A stretch of 64,000 bases of DNA from Myxococcota bacterium (GTDB lineage Bacteria; Myxococcota_A; UBA9160; UBA6930). The translations under genes were made by a program, and so were the position numbers. Under the pieces are notes generated by a model that worked only from the letters and a program-made list of their open reading frames with translations, was not told where the DNA came from and searched no databases. Below, piece after piece: positions 57,301 to 64,000 of the stretch (position 1 is the stretch's first letter; each line of letters opens with the position of its first letter). The stretch is taken from the NCBI GenBank assembly GCA_965223415.1, contig OZ245002.1, forward strand, positions 1,856,001 through 1,920,000. Reading direction: 5' to 3'.

Positions 57301-57939
57301 TCAGCCGGGCTGGATCCAGTGCACGAGACGGCCCGTGTCCGGACCGTCACGGCGGACACTGAAGAAGGGCGCACCGGGGCAGGCGGTGCAGCTCCCGGTG
57401 ACGTGCTCGACCCGCCCGATCCCCGCCTCCCGCAGCGCCGCGCCCGCGATCACACCGAGGTCGAGCCACACGTGACCCGGCCGCGACGGGCGGGTCGCGC
57501 CGTCGAGCTCCGCCGCGAAGGGCTCGCGGAGGGCGGCGAGCACGGGCTCGTCCACCTCGTAGCAGCACGGCCCGACGTGGGGACCGACCGCGGCGACCAG
57601 CGCACCCCCCCGGAGCTGGCGGAGCGCCGCGACGCCCGCTCCCACGACCCCGGCGGCCAGGCCGCGCCAGCCGCCGTGGATGGCGGCCACGGCGCGACCG
57701 TGCTCGGCAGCGACGAGGATCGGCACGCAGTCGGCGGTGACGATGCCGACGGGGACGTCCGGGTGGTCGCAGACCACGGCGTCCCCCCAGCCGAGAGGCT
57801 CTTCGCTGGGACCGTGCACCCGCACCACGTCGACTCCGTGCACCTGCTGCGGCCGGCGCAGCCGGTCCGGAGCCGTCGCGCCGCGTGTGCCGAAGCCGTG
57901 GCGCACCGGAAGGGACGACGCGCGAAGGCAGGCGCTCAC
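57301..57939 (-). CDS. pgeF: PgeF/YfiH-family protein
   Basis: HGFGTR, QVHG, TADCVP, HGGWRG, GPCCYEV and FFSVRR; adjacent to rluD. Confidence 0.9.
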   Translation of the reverse strand: MSACLRASSLPVRHGFGTRGATAPDRLRRPQQVHGVDVVRVHGPSEEPLGWGDAVVCDHPDVPVGIVTADCVPILVAAEHGRAVAAIHGGWRGLAAGVVGAGVAALRQLRGGALVAAVGPHVGPCCYEVDEPVLAALREPFAAELDGATRPSRPGHVWLDLGVIAGAALREAGIGRVEHVTGSCTACPGAPFFSVRRDGPDTGRLVHWIQPG

Positions 57940-58865
57940 CCTTCCCGCTCTCCGAGCTGCCGCTCGAGCTCCTGGAGATCCGCCGGCAGGAGAGCTTCGA
58001 AGTGCAGGCGCTCGCCGATGGTGGGATGGGTGAAGCCGAGCGCCGCCGCGTGAAGGGCGGGGCGGCGGAAGCGCACCGGGCCCTTCGCCCGACGGCCGCG
58101 CCCGTAGACCCCGTCGCCGAGCAGCGGCAGGCCGCGGCTGGAGAGATGGACGCGGATCTGGTGCGTCCGCCCCGTCTCCGGCCGGATTGCCAGACGAGCG
58201 ATACCGCTCGCCGGATAGCGCCGCTCCACCTCCCAGTTCGTGCGGGCCGCTCGTGCGTGGCGCGCCGCGACGGACATGCGCTTGCGATCGCGCGGATGGC
58301 GGCCGATCGGCTGGTCGATCCGCCCGCCGTCCTCCTTCGGCACGCCACGCACCCAGGCGCGGTAGAGCCGATCGATTTCGTGGGTGCGGAACTGCTCCGC
58401 CAGCGAGAGGTGCGCCGCGTCGTGCTTGGCCACGACCATCACCCCAGACGTGCCGCGATCGAGGCGGTGCACGATGCCCGGCCGCAGCACGCCGCCGATG
58501 CCCGCGAGATCGCCGCAGTGGTGCAGCAGCGCATTCACGAGCGTGCCCCGGGGATGCCCCGGCGCCGGATGCACGACCAGGCCCGGCGGCTTGTCGAGGA
58601 CGACGACGGCTTCGTCCTCGAAGAGGATCTCGAGGGGAATCGCCTCGGGGACCACCGCCGCGTCCACCGGTTCCGGCGGATCCGCCTCGATGCGATCGCC
58701 CTCGCGCACGTGGGCGCTCGGCTTGGCCGCCTCGCCGTTCAGGTGCAGGCGCCCCGCCTGGGCCCAGCGCTGGACCTGGGCCCGCGGCACGCCGAGCAGG
58801 ACTGCGGCGACCCGATCCAGCCGCTGGCCGGCCTCGCCCTCCCCGACCAGCAACTCGAGGCTCAC
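57936..58865 (-). CDS. rluD: RluA-family pseudouridine synthase (RluD)
   Basis: S4 domain, KPPGLVVHP, GIVHRLDRGTSG and TGRTHQIRVH. Confidence 0.92.
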   Translation of the reverse strand: MSLELLVGEGEAGQRLDRVAAVLLGVPRAQVQRWAQAGRLHLNGEAAKPSAHVREGDRIEADPPEPVDAAVVPEAIPLEILFEDEAVVVLDKPPGLVVHPAPGHPRGTLVNALLHHCGDLAGIGGVLRPGIVHRLDRGTSGVMVVAKHDAAHLSLAEQFRTHEIDRLYRAWVRGVPKEDGGRIDQPIGRHPRDRKRMSVAARHARAARTNWEVERRYPASGIARLAIRPETGRTHQIRVHLSSRGLPLLGDGVYGRGRRAKGPVRFRRPALHAAALGFTHPTIGERLHFEALLPADLQELERQLGEREG

Positions 58866-59128
58866 CAGATGCGGGACGGAACGCCCGAGCTGCGGAAGAC
58901 CAGCACGTCGACCAGCGCGCGCTCGAAGGCGTTGGTCTTGGCCGCCACGTCCGGATCGACCCGCGACTCGAAGTAGGTTCGCGCCTCGCGGATCTCGGGT
59001 TCGAGGCGGGCGAAGAGGTCGTCGTGCTCGATGCCGAGCCGCACCTTCTCCGGGTGATAGCTCATCACGTCCGAGAGGATCGCGCGCGCCAGCCGGGCCG
59101 CCCGCTCCGGATCGACGATCGGCTGCAC
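58862..59128 (-). CDS. Small conserved hypothetical protein
   Basis: AARLARAILSDV..Y...EIREARTYFESRV; translationally coupled within the operon. Confidence 0.7.
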   Translation of the reverse strand: MQPIVDPERAARLARAILSDVMSYHPEKVRLGIEHDDLFARLEPEIREARTYFESRVDPDVAAKTNAFERALVDVLVFRSSGVPSRIW

Positions 59129-59134
59129 GGCGAC

Positions 59135-59791
59135 CTAACGCCGAGCCCGCCGCCCGAGGCTGGGTTCCTCGGGGACGTGCTCGCGGAAACGAGCCATGTA
59201 GCTGGTCGCCACGCGGTCGGCATCGAGCCCGATGCACCGGCAGAGCGAGACGACGAAGCCGCGCGCGTAAACCGCCGCCGGCAGGTCTTCGAACTGGTCC
59301 TGCTCGATGAACTGGAGGTAGGTCGGGTTGATCTTGGTGACCTCGGCGATCTTCTCGAGGTCGATGCCGCGCCGCAGGCGCGCCCGGCGCAGGCGTGCGC
59401 CGGTCCACGCCGCGTCGGCGTCCTCGTCGCCGGCGTCGTCGAAGGTCTCGATCTCGGCGGGCACCAGGTCGACCGAAGCGGCGGCGTTGGATTCGTCGGC
59501 GAACTGCAGGTCGAGATCGAGCTCGACCTCGTCGAGGAGCGGCGCCTCCTGGGGAGCGAGACGACCGTCGTACTCGGCCTTGGTGTCGACGTCCGAGAGC
59601 ACCCGGTAGGCCAGCTCGATGCGCTCCCGCATGGCCTCGGCCTCGCCGTCCTCGTAGAGGGAGTAGGTGGCGAGCCCGTCCTCCGCCCAGGTGGCCTGGG
59701 CCATGCGGTAGGCGCGCTCCACCTCCTCCAGCGAGGCGTCGGGGAGGATCTCGAGCACTTCGTAGTGGGTCATCTCGGAGAGCGGCTTCAT
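59135..59791 (-). CDS. J-like domain (no HPD) fused to RodZ-type HTH
   Basis: THYEVLEI...AYRVLSD...EYD, then GARLRRAR...GIDLEKIAEVTKINPTYLQFIE...VYARGF. Confidence 0.78.
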   Translation of the reverse strand: MKPLSEMTHYEVLEILPDASLEEVERAYRMAQATWAEDGLATYSLYEDGEAEAMRERIELAYRVLSDVDTKAEYDGRLAPQEAPLLDEVELDLDLQFADESNAAASVDLVPAEIETFDDAGDEDADAAWTGARLRRARLRRGIDLEKIAEVTKINPTYLQFIEQDQFEDLPAAVYARGFVVSLCRCIGLDADRVATSYMARFREHVPEEPSLGRRARR

Positions 59792-60747
59792 CGGGGCGAT
59801 CCTGAGGGGCGGGCAGCCTCCACGAGCTTTCCCGCGATCCGCTGAAGGTACACCGCCGCGTCGCTCTCGGGGCGGACGTCCAGGAGGGGCTTGCGGTGGA
59901 GCACGGCCTCCCGCACGGCCGGGTCCCGGTTCACGTAGCCGGCGTAGTCGATCTCGATACCGAAGAACTTGCGGCACACGCTGCGCACGGAGAAGCCCAG
60001 CTTGATGTCCTCGGTGCTCGCGACCTCGTTCACGACCACTCGCGGCTGGAAGCCCTGCAGGGTCGTGGCGAAGCGCTGGCCCTCCTCCGGATCCATCTCC
60101 TCCACGGCGCGCATCAGGTCGAGGGGCGTGCGGATGCCGCGCTCGTTGCGCTGGTCCATGGCCTCTCGCACGCACTCGCGCACGTCGTGCTTCTGGAGGG
60201 CGAGCTGCATGCGTCGGTAGAAGGCGGCCCGAATGAAGGTGTAGGTGTTCTCCACCGAAGTGGGCTCCGGATGGAGCACCAGCAGCCCGTCGTCGCCGAC
60301 CAGGAAGTAGTCGATGTTCGCCGGGTGCGCGCCGGCGCCGCAATCGACGAAGACGAAATCACACGGCAGCTCGCGGAGCGCGGCCAGCAGCTCGGCACGA
60401 CGGGCCGCGTCGGGTTGGGCCGCGGCCAGGTTGCCGTGGGTCGCTGCGAGCAGACCGAGCCCGTGGTGGGGCGTCTCCTGGAGCAGGTGCTCGACCCGGC
60501 TCTCCCGGCCGGAGACGAAATCGGCGAGGCTGTTCCGGGGCGTCTTCACCCCGAGCCAGGTGTGCAGGTTCGGCCCCTCGATGTCGGTATCGACCGCCAC
60601 CACCTTGTAGCCCGCGCGCGAGAGGGTGTGCGCCAGGTTGGCCGAGAGGAAGGTCTTCCCGACCCCGCCCTTGCCCCCGCCGACGGCGACCAGGCGGGCG
60701 GCGGGAAGATGCGCGGCGGGCGGTTGAGGGGGCGTGGGTGCGGTCAC
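59788..60747 (-). CDS. MinD/FlhG-family ATPase
   Basis: Deviant Walker A GGKGGVGKT, DTDIEGPNL, DCGAG and PEPTSVEN. Probable GTG start at 60747. Confidence 0.85.
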   Translation of the reverse strand: MTAPTPPQPPAAHLPAARLVAVGGGKGGVGKTFLSANLAHTLSRAGYKVVAVDTDIEGPNLHTWLGVKTPRNSLADFVSGRESRVEHLLQETPHHGLGLLAATHGNLAAAQPDAARRAELLAALRELPCDFVFVDCGAGAHPANIDYFLVGDDGLLVLHPEPTSVENTYTFIRAAFYRRMQLALQKHDVRECVREAMDQRNERGIRTPLDLMRAVEEMDPEEGQRFATTLQGFQPRVVVNEVASTEDIKLGFSVRSVCRKFFGIEIDYAGYVNRDPAVREAVLHRKPLLDVRPESDAAVYLQRIAGKLVEAARPSGSPR

Positions 60748-60767
60748 GGGGCTCCCGGCCGGCGATG

Positions 60768-61364
60768 CTATTCCGCCAGCTCGACGTTCCAGTACGACGC
60801 GTCCACCACGTTGAGGAACGGCTTCCACTCTTCATAGCGCACACTGGAGAGCATGAGGTTCATGAGCGGCGTCCAACGCGGTCGCTGGGGCTTGCCGCGC
60901 AGCTTCATACCCGCCTGGCGCGGCGTCCGGCCGCCCTTTCGGCGGTTGCAGTCCACGCAGCTCGTCACCACGTTCTCCCAGGTGCTGCGTCCGCCGAGGG
61001 CGCGGGGCACCACGTGGTCCAGGTTCAGCTCCGCCCGGCTCGGCCGGCGCGCGCAGTACTGGCACTCGAAGTTGTCGCGGGCCATCAGGTTGATGCGGCT
61101 GAAGCGCACGTGGCGCTTCGGCAGGCGGTCGAAGGCCACGAGCACGATCACTCTTGGCACGCGCATGGGCCCCTGGGGCGTGCCGATGGCGTCGGCGTCC
61201 CGGGCGACAGCGAGCTGGCTCCAGCCCTCGAAGTCGAAGGTCTGGTACTGCGCATCCACGGCCCGGGCGATGCCCTGATACAGCAGCGAGAACGCCCGAC
61301 GCACCGAGGTGACGTGGATCGGCAGGTACGAGCGGTTGAGTACGAGGACGCTCGAGTTCAGCAT
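60768..61364 (-). CDS. HNH endonuclease (McrA-like)
   Basis: VLVLNRSY, RDNFECQYC, LDHVVPR..GG...WENVVTSCVDCNRRKG. Confidence 0.9.
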   Translation of the reverse strand: MLNSSVLVLNRSYLPIHVTSVRRAFSLLYQGIARAVDAQYQTFDFEGWSQLAVARDADAIGTPQGPMRVPRVIVLVAFDRLPKRHVRFSRINLMARDNFECQYCARRPSRAELNLDHVVPRALGGRSTWENVVTSCVDCNRRKGGRTPRQAGMKLRGKPQRPRWTPLMNLMLSSVRYEEWKPFLNVVDASYWNVELAE

Positions 61365-61385
61365 GCAGGTCGCCCTCGGGGGAGG

Positions 61386-62780
61386 CTACCGGAGGCCAAG
61401 GGCGTGGGCGAGGGCCTGCTCGACGAGCGCGTCCTCCCCCTCCAGCAGCGTGCGGGCGTCCAGCCAGACGCGTTCGTCGCGGGTCCGCGCCAGCACCGGC
61501 ACTGGAGCGGCGCGGAGGGCCGCGGCCAGGGCTTCGGCGCCGAGGTCCCCACCCAGGGCCACGGCCACGCTCGGCAGCTCGAAGCCGGGTAGCGAGCCGC
61601 CTCCCACGGCCCCGGGCACCGTCAGCACCTCGGTCTCCAGACGGTCGCCGGCCCGCTCGCCCAGGCGCTTGGCCAGGGCGCGGGCGCGCTCGCCGACCCG
61701 GTCGACGGGCTCGAGCAGCATGCGCAGCGTCGGGATCTCGTCGCGGCGGTCCTCGAGCAGCAGGCGCAGGGTGGCGTCGAGAGCCGCCATGCCGAGCTTG
61801 TCCAGGCGCAGCGCCCGGGCCAGCGGGCTCGTGCGCAGGGCCGCAACGGCCGTCCGCGTGCCCAGCACGATGCCCGCCTGGGGCCCGCCCAGCAGCTTGT
61901 CGCCGGAGAAGCACACCAGATCGGCGCCCTCGCGCAGCCTCCCCGGCGCAAAGGCGTCTTCGGGCAGGCCCTCGCTGCGCAGGTCCACGAGGGTGGCGCT
62001 GCCGAGATCGTCGATGAGCGGCAGCCCGTTCGCGGACGCGGTGGCGCGCAGCTGCGGGAGGCCCACCTCGGTGACGAAGCCCTGCTGCTCGAAGTTGCTG
62101 CGGTGGACCTTGAGCAGGGCCGCGGTCCGAGGACCGATCGCACGCTCGTAGTCCCGGGGGTGGGTGCGGTTGGTGGTTCCCACCTCGACCAGCCGCACCC
62201 CGGCCTGCTCCAGGATCTCCGGAACCCGGAAGGAGCCGCCGATCTCGACCAGCTCGCCCCGGGAGACGATCACCTCGCGCCCGCGAGCCAGGGCGGCCAG
62301 GGCGAGGAGCACCGCGGCGGCGTTGTTGTTCACCACCAGGGCGTCCTCGGCTCCGGACAGGATGCGCAGCATGCCCGTGAGGGTGGCCTGACGCTTGCCG
62401 CGCCCGCCGCCCGCCAGGTCGAGCTCGACGTCCGAGTAGCCCAGGGAGGCCGCCGCCACAGCCGAGGCGGCGGCCGGCGGCAGTGGGGCGCGGCCCAGGT
62501 TCGTGTGCAGGACGACGCCGGTGGCGTTCACGACCCGACCCGGGCGGGGGCGCGCCAGCTCCTCGGCTCTCCGGCGGGCCTCCCCCTCGACGTCCGGGGC
62601 CGGCTCGCCGCCGTCGAGGGCCGCTCGCGCCCCCTCGACCCCCTCCCGCACCCCGGCCTGGACCGCCCAGGCGGGCAGGTGCGGCTCCGCTCGAGTCAGG
62701 GCCCGGGTCAGCCGATCCACCGAAGGAAGGGAGCGTCGGGGATCCCCTGCGGGGTTCTTGACCTCGGAGTCGCGATCCAT
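61386..62780 (-). CDS. selA: L-seryl-tRNA(Sec) selenium transferase
   Basis: VVNATGVVLHTNLGRA, VNNNAAA, SRGELVEIGGSFR, EVGTTN, KVHRSNF and SGDKLLGGPQAG. Confidence 0.95.
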   Translation of the reverse strand: MDRDSEVKNPAGDPRRSLPSVDRLTRALTRAEPHLPAWAVQAGVREGVEGARAALDGGEPAPDVEGEARRRAEELARPRPGRVVNATGVVLHTNLGRAPLPPAAASAVAAASLGYSDVELDLAGGGRGKRQATLTGMLRILSGAEDALVVNNNAAAVLLALAALARGREVIVSRGELVEIGGSFRVPEILEQAGVRLVEVGTTNRTHPRDYERAIGPRTAALLKVHRSNFEQQGFVTEVGLPQLRATASANGLPLIDDLGSATLVDLRSEGLPEDAFAPGRLREGADLVCFSGDKLLGGPQAGIVLGTRTAVAALRTSPLARALRLDKLGMAALDATLRLLLEDRRDEIPTLRMLLEPVDRVGERARALAKRLGERAGDRLETEVLTVPGAVGGGSLPGFELPSVAVALGGDLGAEALAAALRAAPVPVLARTRDERVWLDARTLLEGEDALVEQALAHALGLR

Positions 62781-63215
62781 GATGCTCCTGGAACAGATTC
62801 AGCGGCCACCGGTTCCCGCGGGGCCCTGCGGAAAGGCAGTGTAGCGGGGCCGGGGTCGAGACCGGAGCGCGGACACCTTGGGGTTCGATTTCGCGTGCGC
62901 TCCTCCTCCCGGCCATCGCCGCTTCCGAGAATCCGAACCACAAACCACCGAGTGAGTCGATTGGCGACACCGCGATCCCAGCTGCCCACCGCCCCCGCGC
63001 TAGCCCGCGGACCCGTGGCCGGGCGGCTGCGCGCGACCGGGTGTCGACGCGAAATCCATACGAGTTCCGGGACGTTGGCTGAGCTGCCCGTCCCGCATCG
63101 CCCGGCGTCGTTGCCTCGGGCGTTGCGCGCCTGAACCCCGCCCCGCCGCCTCTGGCGGCACCCAGCCCAGGTCTCCCGACCGGCCCGATCGGCGCACCCG
63201 AGCCGAAAGGCGGGG

Positions 63216-64000
63216 ATGCAGAACGAGATCCTGATCAATGCCTCACCGGGTGAGACCCGGGTGGCGATCTTCGAGAAGAAGCAGTTCGTCGAGCTCCATA
63301 TCGAGCGGGCGGGAAGCCGCAGCGTGGAGAACAGCGTGGTGAAGGGGCGCGTGACCCGCGTGCTGCCGGGCATGCAGGCCGCCTTCGTGGACATCGGCCT
63401 GGAGAAGGCCGCCTTCCTCTACGCCGGCGACTACGTCGAGAACATCGAGAAGCTCGACAGCAACGAGGGCGATCCGCGCAGCCGCAGGCGGCGGGGCCAG
63501 GGGCGGCGCGTTCCCAACATCGAGACGCTCCTCGAGGAGGGGCAGGAGATCGTGGTGCAGATCGCCAAGGAGCCGATCGGCACCAAGGGCGCCCGCATCA
63601 CCTCCCACGTCTCGATCGCCGGCCGTCACCTGGTGCTGACGCCCTGGGCCCAGCGGGTCGGCGTCTCGCGCAAGATCGATTCCGACCGGGAGCGGCGGCG
63701 CCTCCGCGACATCGTGAACAAGGTGAAGCCCGCCGACCTGGGCTTCATCATCCGCACTGCCGGCGACGGCACCCGCGAGGCCGATCTCGAGGCCGACGTG
63801 AACTACCTGACCACGGTCTGGGACGACGTCCAGATCAAGAAGGATCAGGTGCGGGCCCCGGCCGTGCTCTACTCGGAGCCGCCGCTGGCGCTGCGGGTGG
63901 TGCGGGACTTCGCGAACTCCGACACGAAGCGCATCGTGATCGACTCGCCGGAGGCGCACCGGGAGCTCACCGAGTTCGTCGACAAGTTCGTCGCCGACCC
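63216..64000 (+). CDS. Ribonuclease G/E family, partial, runs off the right edge
   Basis: Not in the ORF track. MQNEILINASPGETRVA...KGRVTRVLPGMQAAFVDIG...VQIAKEPIGTKGARITS...GFIIRT. Confidence 0.92.
   Translation, partial: MQNEILINASPGETRVAIFEKKQFVELHIERAGSRSVENSVVKGRVTRVLPGMQAAFVDIGLEKAAFLYAGDYVENIEKLDSNEGDPRSRRRRGQGRRVPNIETLLEEGQEIVVQIAKEPIGTKGARITSHVSIAGRHLVLTPWAQRVGVSRKIDSDRERRRLRDIVNKVKPADLGFIIRTAGDGTREADLEADVNYLTTVWDDVQIKKDQVRAPAVLYSEPPLALRVVRDFANSDTKRIVIDSPEAHRELTEFVDKFVAD

Noticed and set aside
62781..63215. Possible tRNA-Sec or ncRNA next to selA (GGTTCGATT near 62882)
   Set aside because: No UCA anticodon arm or cloverleaf could be built; more likely the divergent promoter and rng/rne leader.

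Overview
High-GC bacterial chromosome segment; gene content and order suggest Myxococcota or a deltaproteobacterial relative (inference). Positions 1-18.6 kb are the right part of a tyrosine-integrase-associated defence island beside a tRNA(CAU) gene. It holds Sir2-HerA (herA is missing from the ORF track and runs off the left edge), a complete IS21 inserted in the sir2 ribosome-binding site, and a YjzC-like micro-ORF. A divergent XRE-ImmA/IrrE + PIN + TM0106 nuclease-helicase operon follows, then a type III-like Res/Mod pair, an SRA-like HNH nuclease and an integrase that has no stop codon of its own and reads through a foreign tRNA 3' fragment. Positions 19.4-43 kb are accessory metabolism: an IS1-like transposase with a truncated globin, a pentaheme cytochrome c, a frameshifted desaturase, a haloalkane dehalogenase-amidohydrolase fusion lipoprotein, a P450/B12 radical SAM/GT4/acyltransferase cluster, a class III cyclase-STAND ATPase, a subtilase with Thr at the catalytic Ser, a short PurH and a perfect 35-bp inverted repeat. 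Positions 43-64 kb are core genes: rpsU-dnaG-rpoD, hisDBHAF, prfA-prmC, PBP1b, pgeF, rluD, a MinD-like/J-HTH pair, an HNH nuclease, selA and RNase G/E (partial). The best candidate for an undescribed system is the bidirectional defence module YjzC-Sir2-HerA versus XRE-ImmA-PIN-TM0106, driven by overlapping divergent promoters. All calls come from motif recognition only; no database search was run.
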